A stretch of 25,940 nucleotides of DNA from a virus (IMGVR_UViG_3300046807_000016:1-25940); one strand, 5' to 3'; positions 15,332-24,204 are shown, numbered from the stretch's first letter. Notes: generated from the sequence alone by a model not told the origin. Program-made: numbers and translations.

Positions 15332-16078
15332 ATGGCTAGTAAACAGATGAACCGAGCTATTCCAGCTAAAGAGTTGACACCTAAGGAGAAGGTCAGTAAT
15401 AGTCTTCGATTGAAGTTAGATGATCTAACCCTGATCAAGCCTAAGACAGAGAAGCAACGAGACTTCTTCGAGGCTTACCAAGCATCTAACTACTTCATGG
15501 CATTGCATGGTGTAGCAGGTACAGGTAAGACCTACATTGCTCTGTATAAGGCCTTGGAAGAGGCTATGGATCGCAACAATCCCTTTAACAAGGTGACTGT
15601 GATTCGTAGCAGTGTTCAAAGTCGTGATATTGGCTTCTTGCCCGGCGATGCGGATGAGAAGATGGAGGTATACATTCAGCCCTATCGACAAATCTGTAGT
15701 GACCTGTTCAAGCGTAAGGATGCATGGGATCGATTGGTTGAGCAAGGGCATATTGAGTTTGTATCTACCTCATTCATTCGAGGTACTACCTTCTCGAACA
15801 GTATCATTGTCGTGGATGAGGTGCAGAATCTTACTTTTGAGGAGTTGGATACGGTAATTACCCGAGTAGGAGATAAATCTAAAATTATCTTTTGCGGTGA
15901 TTATCGTCAAACCGATTTAAAGAAAAAAGATGATAAATCAGGTATCCTGAAGTTCTTCGACATTGCCGCTAAAATGAAGGAATTTATACGTATTGAGTTC
16001 CACATTGAAGATATTGTACGCAGTTCTTTAGTAAAAAATTATATTATTGCCAAAACTAAATATGAGGATGGTGAATGA
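15332..16078 (+). CDS. phoH: PhoH-like ATPase
   Basis: GVAGTGKT, IGFLPGD, FIRGTTF, VDEVQN, ITRVG, GDYRQTD, DIVRS. Confidence 0.95.
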   Translation: MASKQMNRAIPAKELTPKEKVSNSLRLKLDDLTLIKPKTEKQRDFFEAYQASNYFMALHGVAGTGKTYIALYKALEEAMDRNNPFNKVTVIRSSVQSRDIGFLPGDADEKMEVYIQPYRQICSDLFKRKDAWDRLVEQGHIEFVSTSFIRGTTFSNSIIVVDEVQNLTFEELDTVITRVGDKSKIIFCGDYRQTDLKKKDDKSGILKFFDIAAKMKEFIRIEFHIEDIVRSSLVKNYIIAKTKYEDGE

Positions 16079-16521
16079 AATATACAAAAGAATTTTTAGA
16101 GGAACACTGTGAGTTCAGCCCAGAACATAAAACACTTGTTTGGAAGAAGGTTTCAAATAATAGGGCAAAAATAGGACAGCCTATTGGCTCTTTGACAAAA
16201 GAAGGATACTGGAGATGTAAAAATCAGCTAGTCCATCGTCTGCTTTGGTTGATGACTTATGGGGAACTTCCTGATAAGGATATTGATCACATCAATGGTA
16301 TTCGTAATGATAACCGACTTGAAAACTTACGAGTTGTCACTAGAATGCAAAATCTATGGAATCGTAGAAATGTAAAAGGGTACATTTATAATCCAACTTC
16401 TAAAAAGTATCAGGCACGTATTCGTCAGAATTACGAGACTATTCACTTAGGCGTGTATGATACTGCGGAAGAAGCTACTCAGGCTTATATGAAAGCAAAG
16501 CAAAAAAGGGACGGAGAATGA
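16075..16521 (+). CDS. HNH homing endonuclease with C-terminal AP2-like DNA-binding domain
   Basis: HRLLW, DIDHINGIRNDNRLENLR, YQARI....HLG.YDTAEEA..AY. AT-rich. Confidence 0.92.
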   Translation: MKYTKEFLEEHCEFSPEHKTLVWKKVSNNRAKIGQPIGSLTKEGYWRCKNQLVHRLLWLMTYGELPDKDIDHINGIRNDNRLENLRVVTRMQNLWNRRNVKGYIYNPTSKKYQARIRQNYETIHLGVYDTAEEATQAYMKAKQKRDGE

Positions 16522-16784
16522 TGACACAAGATAAACCCACTGTACGCTTTGCAGGTAAGGCTATGTTCTACACGGTAGAGCTTGCTCCAATGCACCAGAA
16601 GACCTATGGTCAGTATGCGGACGCAGAAGGCCATATTGAGTATGCTCGTGTGTACGGACTTAATCATCCAATCTTAGGAGCAGATGACATTCGTACCTCT
16701 ATCGTGGTTAAGAAGCATGATGATGGATCGTTTGAGACACTGAACACACTGTATGTGCCAGATAAGGAGAAACATGAAAGCTAA
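16518..16784 (+). CDS. 88-aa hypothetical protein (HP.LG...RTS.V....FET.NT.Y)
   Basis: ATGA-coupled; codon style returns to the genome norm. Confidence 0.75.
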   Translation: MMTQDKPTVRFAGKAMFYTVELAPMHQKTYGQYADAEGHIEYARVYGLNHPILGADDIRTSIVVKKHDDGSFETLNTLYVPDKEKHES

Positions 16785-17403
16785 TAACGAAGAAGAAATC
16801 CTAATGATGATGCCAGAGCAGAAGGGACTTATCCGTACAATTACTCAACAGATGCACACTCACTTAGTGTTCATTGATGATGACATTGTAGCTCCTAGCG
16901 CTTATCGTGATGTGATCCACTGCCTTGCTACCTGTAGCGAGAATGATTCTGTTAATATGCTTGTCAATAGCTCAGGAGGACGTACTGACTCTATCTGGCA
17001 AGTGATCGAAGCAATGAAAGGATGTCGAGGTGATGTTAGTGTTACAGTTATCGGTGCTGCGTATTCAGCAGCTAGTATGTTGGCTTGTATGGCTCCTGAG
17101 TGTTATATCGCTGAGTCTGCTGAGTTTATGCTTCATACTGCTCATTATGGTTCCATCGGTACTGTCCCGAATGTCAAAGGACAGACTGACTTCGCTACAC
17201 GACAGATTAACCGCTTACTCGACCAAGCCTACACAGGATTCCTGACACCCAAGGAACTTGAGGAGCTGAAGAACGGTAAGGAGTTCTGGTTTGACGCTGA
17301 AGAAAGTGGCAAACGGATGGTACGTAGATACAAGTATCTCAATGGATTGAGTAAACCTCCGAAGCCTCAGAAGGTTAAGGCACAGGTTACACAGGAGCCA
17401 TAA
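16774..17403 (+). CDS. ClpP-like serine protease (start revised to 16774)
   Basis: VNSSGG, AYSAAS (Ser), FMLH (His), EFWFDAEE. AAGGAG RBS. Confidence 0.88.
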   Translation: MKANNEEEILMMMPEQKGLIRTITQQMHTHLVFIDDDIVAPSAYRDVIHCLATCSENDSVNMLVNSSGGRTDSIWQVIEAMKGCRGDVSVTVIGAAYSAASMLACMAPECYIAESAEFMLHTAHYGSIGTVPNVKGQTDFATRQINRLLDQAYTGFLTPKELEELKNGKEFWFDAEESGKRMVRRYKYLNGLSKPPKPQKVKAQVTQEP

Positions 17404-17404
17404 C

Positions 17405-17449
17405 GCAAAAGGCCTCTAGAGCGATGAACTCTAGAGGCCTTATTTGTTT
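17405..17449. terminator. Bidirectional intrinsic terminator between the converging arms
   Basis: 13-bp stem AAGGCCTCTAGAG (17409-17421) / CTCTAGAGGCCTT (17429-17441), 7-nt loop, A-run before and T-rich tail after. Sits between stops at 17403 and 17450. Confidence 0.9.
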
Positions 17450-17677
17450 CTACTTCTGGTTCTGGTGGAACAGAGTAATTAGAGCAGCAGCACAGCCGCC
17501 AATCCACAGTAACGGTTTAGCTACCTTAGCAAGCCACTCAAGGACGGTGAAGGCTCCGGAGGCAGCGTTAAAGGCTGATACCATTCCTTCTGTGTCCTTA
17601 GCCACTTTGTCTACCTTAGCTTCTACCTTACATAAGCGCTCATATATCTCGTTATGACTAACTTCCTCGGCAGCCAT
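17450..17677 (-). CDS. 75-aa coiled-coil plus C-terminal TM protein, lysis-associated (start revised from 17806)
   Basis: MAAEEVSHNEIYERL..VE.KVD... then LLWIGGCAAALITLF. Starts right after the endolysin stop. Confidence 0.7.
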   Translation of the reverse strand: MAAEEVSHNEIYERLCKVEAKVDKVAKDTEGMVSAFNAASGAFTVLEWLAKVAKPLLWIGGCAAALITLFHQNQK

Positions 17678-17678
17678 A

Positions 17679-18137
17679 TCAAGCCTTGTGGTACTCTTCT
17701 TCTGACAACAAGCCTTGTTTGTACTTGTTCTCTGGACGATAGATGGTAAGCTTTTGGCCACGCATCTCAGGAGCAAAGGAAATATGAGTCCAACGACCAT
17801 ACTCATGGATCATCTGATCGAACTTGATACCCGCAGCTTCAATGGCTTTGCACACTGCCAAAGGATTGCCAAAGCTGGAAGTGAAGTCGATAGCCCAACC
17901 ATCCATGTGTGAGGAGACTTTAGAGCCTCCAACAGCCACGTTAACTTCAGGCAAGCGTAGCCAAGAGTTAACACTGATAGGCTTACCTAGAGCAGCACGA
18001 ACCTTCTCCATGCCTTCAGCGGCAATCTTCATGTTCTCAAGCTGTTTATCGTTAGGTTGGTTATTGATACCTTGACGAATAGCTGTATCAGAGTGAGTAG
18101 CTTCTTCGAGTGTGAAGTGTTCACTGAGTTTTGTCAT
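17679..18137 (-). CDS. Peptidase M15-family endolysin (Zn peptidase)
   Basis: LSEHFTLEE, SWLR...N.AVGG...SSH..G.A.D, WTHISF. AAAGG RBS. Confidence 0.9.
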   Translation of the reverse strand: MTKLSEHFTLEEATHSDTAIRQGINNQPNDKQLENMKIAAEGMEKVRAALGKPISVNSWLRLPEVNVAVGGSKVSSHMDGWAIDFTSSFGNPLAVCKAIEAAGIKFDQMIHEYGRWTHISFAPEMRGQKLTIYRPENKYKQGLLSEEEYHKA

Positions 18138-18549
18138 CTTTGTTACCTTTCTTCATATCCATGATTTTCTCCAGTGTACGACCACCGAAGTAGAAGGACA
18201 TAATGAGCATACCCCATTGCCCTAAGAGTTCCACGTAGTTGTTGTTCACTTCAATGTCCCAAGCAGACATCATTGCGAACACTGTATAAGCAAACAGAAT
18301 GAACACCAGCGTCATAGGCCTAATGTTCTTGGACAACCAAGAGTCACTAGCCATGTCAGCCTTGAGGCGATCAGTCAGATTGTTCTGTTCTGTCTTGTAG
18401 AAGTCTAGATCGACATTCATCTCTGCAAGCTTACCTTGCTGCTCCATCTGAGCTAACTCTGCCTTGGCCTTAGCAGCCGCAGTAGGGTCAGGCATGAATC
18501 GATCTAGTAACTTACCACCAACCTCAAGCAGCGCTGGAATCGGAATCAT
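18121..18549 (-). CDS. Holin, GTA 3TM holin-like
   Basis: KLLDRFMPDP...KAEL, SDSWLSKNIRP, two hydrophobic segments, FYFGGRTLEK; directly upstream of the endolysin. Confidence 0.8.
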   Translation of the reverse strand: MIPIPALLEVGGKLLDRFMPDPTAAAKAKAELAQMEQQGKLAEMNVDLDFYKTEQNNLTDRLKADMASDSWLSKNIRPMTLVFILFAYTVFAMMSAWDIEVNNNYVELLGQWGMLIMSFYFGGRTLEKIMDMKKGNKDDKTQ

Positions 18550-18814
18550 CGCCGCTCAACTTCTTTGCAATGGCATTGGATGCCTTACGCCCAGAAATAC
18601 CACCCAATGTACCTACGCCCATGAAGGCAATAGCTTTAAGGATTTCCAAGAAGATAGCATCAATAGGAGCTAAAGCTTGGCTCTGTTCTTCAAAGGCGAT
18701 GGCGTACATCAAGCCTATAGCGATACAGAACACCATGCTGGCGATCAACTTGACAACGAAAGCCCATACACGGACTTCAATGTCTTCTGGGCTCATATCT
18801 TTATAACTATTCAT
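18524..18814 (-). CDS. 96-aa two-TM membrane protein
   Basis: VWAFVVKLIASMVFCIAIGLMYAIAF and ILKAIAFMGVGTLGGISG. AGGA upstream. Confidence 0.75.
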   Translation of the reverse strand: MNSYKDMSPEDIEVRVWAFVVKLIASMVFCIAIGLMYAIAFEEQSQALAPIDAIFLEILKAIAFMGVGTLGGISGRKASNAIAKKLSGDDSDSSAA

Positions 18815-18815
18815 A

Positions 18816-19286
18816 TTACTTTCCTAATGGGTTAGAGGTTGCACGTTTAAGACTATTCATCTCAATACGCAGGTTAGAGGCAGTGTTATCAACTTCCTGC
18901 TTCAGAGCAGCCAATCGAGCTTGCACTTCACGAGCTTGAGCAGCATTCTCTACAGCAGAACCTGAAGCAATAGCTTTAGTCTCACGAGCCAAAGCAGTAG
19001 CGTCAGAGGTCTTCTCAGAGATACGCACTAACTGTTCAGCAATAGCCAGTTGACGTTCCTTTACAGCCTTCATCTCGATCTCAAATGCCTGTACCTTCTC
19101 TTTGAAGGCAGTGTCATCATAGGGTTGGAATACCTCTACAGCGGCAATGGTCTTTTCCATCTTACTGTAGAATTTAATCCCCGTATAAGCCGCTCCCCCG
19201 ATAATAGGAAGGAAAGTCACTAGCAAGCCAAGAATCATCTGCGATGATAAGCTCACCGAGTAGTTCTTGTTGTCTTCTGATGCCAT
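18816..19286 (-). CDS. 156-aa N-terminal TM-anchored coiled-coil protein (i-spanin-like topology)
   Basis: MILGLLVTFLPIIGGAAY, then long Ala/Glu/Lys-rich helices. AGGAG RBS. Confidence 0.75.
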   Translation of the reverse strand: MASEDNKNYSVSLSSQMILGLLVTFLPIIGGAAYTGIKFYSKMEKTIAAVEVFQPYDDTAFKEKVQAFEIEMKAVKERQLAIAEQLVRISEKTSDATALARETKAIASGSAVENAAQAREVQARLAALKQEVDNTASNLRIEMNSLKRATSNPLGK

Positions 19287-19965
19287 CTGGTATCTCCTGA
19301 GAAAGTGTAATAAGTTCTATGATTGTTGGTTGCTTAGGAAGCACACCGAGATTGTTAAGTCTTTGTACGGTCAACGCCGCTTTCACACCAATCCCTACAG
19401 GAGGAGCCGTAACAGGTGTCGCCTGTGATGGGGCAGATTGCTGCGAGGTAGGGGCCTCTTGCGTATCTGTAGGTTGTGTCATCGTCGGCACAGACACCAC
19501 TGGGACAGTTGCAGGTACGTTTGGTGTTGCGATGACAGACGTGGGGCTGACTGGACTTACAGGGCTTACCTTCACCACAGGAGCAGGAGGAGTCACCACT
19601 GGAGGCGGAAGTACCACAGGAGGTACAATGACTTCCTTGATACAACTGCTTGAGATAGTCTGCCATCCACTTGATGATGCGGTTGTCTCTGACGTACTTG
19701 TACAGCCACTTGTAAGCTGTTGAGTTATCTGTCCTATGTATCCTGTTGGGCATGATAGTGTCCTTGTTTGAATGGTAGGAGTACAGATAGAAACAGGAGG
19801 AGGAGCGGTATATCCTTGGCAATAAGTAGCTTGGTACTCAGCCTGACCTACTCCCGGCTGGCACACTCTACAAGTTGCTAGTAACTTACCGTCCTTCCAT
19901 GCACATACTTGAGCTGATACGTCACTTATCAGAAGAGTAAGTAAAAGCAGAAGGTACTTTGCCAT
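19174..19965 (-). CDS. 263-aa exported protein: signal peptide, 8-Cys domain, Pro/Val/Thr-rich linker (start revised from 20022)
   Basis: MAKYLLLLLTLLISDVSA|QVC; Cys-rich N-terminal half; PPVVLPPPVVTPPAP linker. Confidence 0.75.
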   Translation of the reverse strand: MAKYLLLLLTLLISDVSAQVCAWKDGKLLATCRVCQPGVGQAEYQATYCQGYTAPPPVSICTPTIQTRTLSCPTGYIGQITQQLTSGCTSTSETTASSSGWQTISSSCIKEVIVPPVVLPPPVVTPPAPVVKVSPVSPVSPTSVIATPNVPATVPVVSVPTMTQPTDTQEAPTSQQSAPSQATPVTAPPVGIGVKAALTVQRLNNLGVLPKQPTIIELITLSQEIPDGIRRQQELLGELIIADDSWLASDFPSYYRGSGLYGD

Positions 19966-20368
19966 ACATCTTCTCAAAGCGACTAGGGGTACGTCTGATC
20001 CATTCACGCATTGCTGCATCACCTATAAGTCCAATAGTAGGGCAAGGTGAACCAGACTCCATCATGGCTTCCCACACCCTAAGATCAGCACACAAGACAG
20101 ATACCGCTGTAACCTTCAAGCCAAGATCGTTAAGGGTCTTAGCAAGCTTGATACGCTCACAGTTACTATCACTCAGCACTGTCCCGCCTGAGAAGCCGAT
20201 CACCGTAGATGATACAGCACCAGAGACAGGAACAGCACAGATGTCACTACCCATTGCCGACAAAGAAGGAGCCATAGCTGTTGGCGGTGGCTGTCCTTTG
20301 TAGTTAATGGTTGTGTCTTGAGCAAAGACTGCCAGAGGCAGTAACAAGAGTAGGAGTAGCTTTTTCAT
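19922..20368 (-). CDS. 148-aa exported Cys-containing phage protein
   Basis: MKKLLLLLLLPLAVFA|QD; PPPTAMAP...DIC...SGAV...SGG....D.NCERIKLAKTL.DLG.KV.AVS.LC.D.RV..AM..SG.PCP. ATGA-coupled to the upstream gene. Confidence 0.8.
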   Translation of the reverse strand: MKKLLLLLLLPLAVFAQDTTINYKGQPPPTAMAPSLSAMGSDICAVPVSGAVSSTVIGFSGGTVLSDSNCERIKLAKTLNDLGLKVTAVSVLCADLRVWEAMMESGSPCPTIGLIGDAAMREWIRRTPSRFEKMYGKVPSAFTYSSDK

Positions 20369-21921
20369 GGAGTCACGCCAATACTAGCACCAAACAAGCC
20401 CGGAACAGCAAAACCTTCTTTAGGTGGTTTTAAGTTACCAGAAGCAATCTGACTGATCAAATCCTGAACTTCTTTCTTACGCATAGAAGCCAGAGCTTTA
20501 TCTGCTGCAAAACCTGCACCAGAAGCGCCAATATAGCCTAAGCTAGCAGCACTCACTGGGCCTTGACCTAAAAGAGCACCAGTCAACGCGCTTCCCGTTA
20601 CAGCAGATTGTGCATACCCACGTTCAGGGTTAAACTTAGCCATGACAGATAACAGAGTTTCTGCGTCACTGGAGCGGGCAGCAGCTTTAATGATGTTTTG
20701 CTCTCTTGTGGAGAACATCTTCATCTTATCTACGTTTGCTGTCAGATTAACTAAACCACGTTTAATAATATCACCAGTCGGGCCTGTAGCTCCTTCAATA
20801 CGCGCAGTAGCAGAATCAAGAATATCTTGAATAACCTGAGCACGTGATTGATTACGCCAATCTTTCCTAGCATTTTCTAAAGCTGTGAAAGCTTCTTTAG
20901 AAGAGCCTCCTGAAAGAGAAAGAGTATCCTTACTTTTTAAGTTACCCATAAAAGAATCTATTTCAGAAGTTACTGTCTTAGCCAGTCGAGAAGTATCATC
21001 TGTACCTTGAGACAATCCACTAAAGGTGCTTCTAATTTTCTCAAGCCGTCCAAAATCAACAAAAGGATCAGAAACAATTTTATCCAATAATTTTAAATTT
21101 TCTTGGATAGGTTTATGAGCAGTTAAAATTTCAGGATCATAGTTTTCTTTAGATAATGTTTTTTGAATAGAGGGAACTAAATTATTTTTAATACTATCTG
21201 TTCTTAAGGCTACTTTTGCATCATCCATCACTTGATAACCTTGAGAGGCTTTACGGCGAATCTGATCAATAGTCACAGGTTCTGCACGAGGGCCGGATAG
21301 TGTAAAAGCTGTCTTACCTGTGCCACTACCAACAATAGTACCTGTAGCCAATCCTGCTGCAAGGCCTGCCCAAGGGCTACCTGTAAACTCAGTTGCTGCT
21401 TTAGCTGCTTGTTCACCGGCAACAGCACCTGCCGCAACTCCAGCAGCTTCTGACAATGCTCGACGCGCAACTGTAGAACCCACAGCTCCTTCAGCCTGTT
21501 GAGCCATTGGAACTTTCATCCCCGGAGACATCAAACCAGCAACGGCCTCAGAAGCGGTTTGAACATTTTGCTCTAGCCCCGGACGAGGTTCAGGAAATGT
21601 TTGCTCTAAGGCTTGTTGCTGAGCTTGGGATAAATAAGGAACACGTCTATCTGAGCCCACAGCCATCAATCCAAGATTAGCAGCTCCTGATAAAAAGTCA
21701 GCAGTGGCATTAGGGACAGCGGATAAACCAGAAATTCCTGCACGAGCAGCTAATCCGAGTTGTCTTCCCAGTTCAGCCCCAATAGAAGGAGACTCTACAG
21801 GAGAAGGCTCCTGAGCTGGGTTAGCCCCTCCTAAATAGGTCTGAATCTTGGCAAGTGCCTGCTCATTAGACAACCCATCAGGAAGCTCATATTGTTGTCC
21901 TTTATATTCGTATACAGGCAT
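20365..21921 (-). CDS. 518-aa putative internal virion/DNA ejection protein
   Basis: N-terminal Y.YKGQ.YELPDG module; Gly/Ala-rich hydrophobic stretches; third of three adjacent large helical ORFs. AAGGA RBS. Confidence 0.65.
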   Translation of the reverse strand: MPVYEYKGQQYELPDGLSNEQALAKIQTYLGGANPAQEPSPVESPSIGAELGRQLGLAARAGISGLSAVPNATADFLSGAANLGLMAVGSDRRVPYLSQAQQQALEQTFPEPRPGLEQNVQTASEAVAGLMSPGMKVPMAQQAEGAVGSTVARRALSEAAGVAAGAVAGEQAAKAATEFTGSPWAGLAAGLATGTIVGSGTGKTAFTLSGPRAEPVTIDQIRRKASQGYQVMDDAKVALRTDSIKNNLVPSIQKTLSKENYDPEILTAHKPIQENLKLLDKIVSDPFVDFGRLEKIRSTFSGLSQGTDDTSRLAKTVTSEIDSFMGNLKSKDTLSLSGGSSKEAFTALENARKDWRNQSRAQVIQDILDSATARIEGATGPTGDIIKRGLVNLTANVDKMKMFSTREQNIIKAAARSSDAETLLSVMAKFNPERGYAQSAVTGSALTGALLGQGPVSAASLGYIGASGAGFAADKALASMRKKEVQDLISQIASGNLKPPKEGFAVPGLFGASIGVTP

Positions 21922-21930
21922 AGTTTTTCC

Positions 21931-23154
21931 TTAGTCTAATTTAATAACCGTGGGCTTAGCAGGAGTAGGAACTGTAACAGGATTCAGCCCCATAGCATTT
22001 ACAAGTTTAGGATTGATTTTTGTAACACGATCATTCCACTCAGAAGCTGTTGCTTTAAACACTCTCTCTTCAACATCAAGCTGTCGCTTAAGTGTTTCAG
22101 GAGAAAGAGTGATACGACCAGCAGCTGCGTCTTGCAAGAAGGCCAAATCCTTATCAGTAAAGCCTTGGCCCGTACCCAATCCGCTCTGTTTAATCTGATT
22201 CAACACTGCTTTTGATCTTTGTTGCTGCAACTGTTGAGTGTTAGCAACAACTTCGTCAGCGTTTTTCCCTGTAACACCAAGAGATTGTCCAAGAGCCAAT
22301 ACGTTAAGCTTAACATTAGCCCCTGTACCAGTCAATACCTTACCGCTATCTAACAAGTCTCGTGTAACACTTACTCCACGCAACGACTCAGGAACTGACT
22401 TAGCAGCAGAACGCAAAGCCAAATCTTCTTTGCCTAGTCCTTGTCCTAATTCAGTAGAGTAAGCATCTTCTGCTTTAGTCGTAGCAGTAGCCGTGACTTT
22501 AGCAGTAGTCCGATCAACACCACCATTATAAGCAACTCGCTTACCGTCCTTAATTGTAAATTGCTGATTGGTATTCTTATCAAAATACACAGGCATTTGA
22601 GAACCCACAGCCACACCGATGTTATCAATGGAAGGATTCTTAGCTAACAGCTCATTGAACTTAGCATTGAAAGTTTTATTCCATTCTTCAGAACCCCTAG
22701 CAGCTCCGCTCATGTCAGCAGCACTTTGAGCATTCTTCATCTCAGGAGTAAGCTTCTCACTCAACTTAGCAGCAATCTCAGCTTCTGTCTTACGCCCTTC
22801 AAGAGCAGCTTTAGCAGAAGCCTGATAACGATTAGTCAGCTCACTGACCAGTTGGTAATCCTTGTTTTGCATAGCAGTCTGAATACCCTGCTTCAACGAC
22901 TCAGGACTGCTCAGATCGAGATTCTGCAACATACTCTGACGTTGCTGGATACGCATCATCTCAGGGTCTTGAGCACCCAACAAACCAGCAATACCACCAC
23001 CGAGTTTGTTAGCACCGGAGTAGATACTCATCTGAGCCTGTTGGAAAGGGTCGAGACGAGCATACTGCAATGCCTGAGCTTCAACGGCAGCATCACGCTG
23101 TGCTTGTAACGATTCAGGGGTAACTCCGAATAAACCACCTACGATTTCAGCCAT
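21931..23154 (-). CDS. 407-aa putative internal virion/DNA ejection protein
   Basis: Gln/Ala-rich helices; C-terminal G.FTDKDLAFL motif. AAGGAG RBS. Confidence 0.65.
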   Translation of the reverse strand: MAEIVGGLFGVTPESLQAQRDAAVEAQALQYARLDPFQQAQMSIYSGANKLGGGIAGLLGAQDPEMMRIQQRQSMLQNLDLSSPESLKQGIQTAMQNKDYQLVSELTNRYQASAKAALEGRKTEAEIAAKLSEKLTPEMKNAQSAADMSGAARGSEEWNKTFNAKFNELLAKNPSIDNIGVAVGSQMPVYFDKNTNQQFTIKDGKRVAYNGGVDRTTAKVTATATTKAEDAYSTELGQGLGKEDLALRSAAKSVPESLRGVSVTRDLLDSGKVLTGTGANVKLNVLALGQSLGVTGKNADEVVANTQQLQQQRSKAVLNQIKQSGLGTGQGFTDKDLAFLQDAAAGRITLSPETLKRQLDVEERVFKATASEWNDRVTKINPKLVNAMGLNPVTVPTPAKPTVIKLD

Positions 23155-23166
23155 AATTACTCCTTA

Positions 23167-24204
23167 TTAGAACCAGAGGCCACGATCAGGGCCAGTATAA
23201 CCTACAGTAGCTGTGTCTACTTGAGGTGTTGGTGTAAGCCATTTACCAATGCTATTCATCAACCCTGTGTTCTTAGACAAACCTGTCAAGGCAGTCGCAA
23301 AAGGATTGTAAGCATTGGCAGATTCCATCGCACGAGCAGCGCCGCCAGCACCTTGGAACATATAGTCAGCAGCCAACTGATTAGCAGCTTGTTGCTTACC
23401 AGACAAGGCCATCGAAGTATCGAAAGGCATCTGACCCATCTGCTCAACAGACAGAGCACCACCCAGAGCAGACTTCAGAGGACTGTAGCCAGCGGTAGCG
23501 GCATTAGAACCTAAGCCGAACAAGTCAGCACCAAACTTAGTCTGAGCCATCCCTTGTTGTTGTGCCTGAGCAGCCAACTGGAGGTCTTGCATTGCTTGAG
23601 CGTTCAACAAAGCTTGTTGTTCAGGATTAGTAGCGCTCATCATACCGCCTTGAGAGACAGCAACACCACCACGGCCAGTATTGAACAAGTTCTGAGTCAA
23701 ACCAGCAGCAGCACGTTCACGACCGGGTTGTAACAAGGCTTGTTGTTGAGTCATGTATTTCTGAGCCGCTTGCTCAGGAGACTCAGCCAGATATTGCTGA
23801 CCAAGGTTGAACAGACTCTGAGCACCTTGCAAGCCTTGGCCTGTAAAGTCCATGCCCATACCACCAGCCTGACCGAGCAAGCCACCTTGGATGGCTGCCA
23901 GCTCAGGACTTAACTCGTAACCACCAGAGATCATCTGACCGGTGGTAGGATCATACTGATAGTTTGTCGTACCGAATGCAGTGGTAGTTCCCACAGGACG
24001 GAAACGTACATCTTTAGCAGCAGCTTCACCAGCAGCCTTCAAAGCAGCAGCTTTGGCAGCAGCAGCTTTACGTGCAGAGCTACCACCTAAGACACCACCT
24101 AGCAAACCTAAACCACCTCCGATAGCAGCACCGACAGGCCCACCAACTTGAAAGCCTGTAGCAGCGCCAGAGGCTGCGGAGCCTAATCCATCTTCTAATG
24201 CCAT
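23167..24204 (-). CDS. 345-aa putative DNA pilot/ejection protein
   Basis: Gly-zipper hydrophobic N-terminus (GGPVGAAIGGGLGLLGGVLGG) plus Gln/Ala-rich body. AAGGA RBS. Confidence 0.7.
   Translation of the reverse strand: MALEDGLGSAASGAATGFQVGGPVGAAIGGGLGLLGGVLGGSSARKAAAAKAAALKAAGEAAAKDVRFRPVGTTTAFGTTNYQYDPTTGQMISGGYELSPELAAIQGGLLGQAGGMGMDFTGQGLQGAQSLFNLGQQYLAESPEQAAQKYMTQQQALLQPGRERAAAGLTQNLFNTGRGGVAVSQGGMMSATNPEQQALLNAQAMQDLQLAAQAQQQGMAQTKFGADLFGLGSNAATAGYSPLKSALGGALSVEQMGQMPFDTSMALSGKQQAANQLAADYMFQGAGGAARAMESANAYNPFATALTGLSKNTGLMNSIGKWLTPTPQVDTATVGYTGPDRGLWF

Noticed and set aside
17424-17657. + strand 77-aa ORF after the terminator, and other + strand ORFs in 17715-25918
   Set aside because: The first begins inside the terminator loop. 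All are antisense shadows of well-supported - strand genes.
19355-19822. 155-aa alternative-frame - strand ORF as an embedded o-spanin
   Set aside because: No hydrophobic signal peptide or lipobox.
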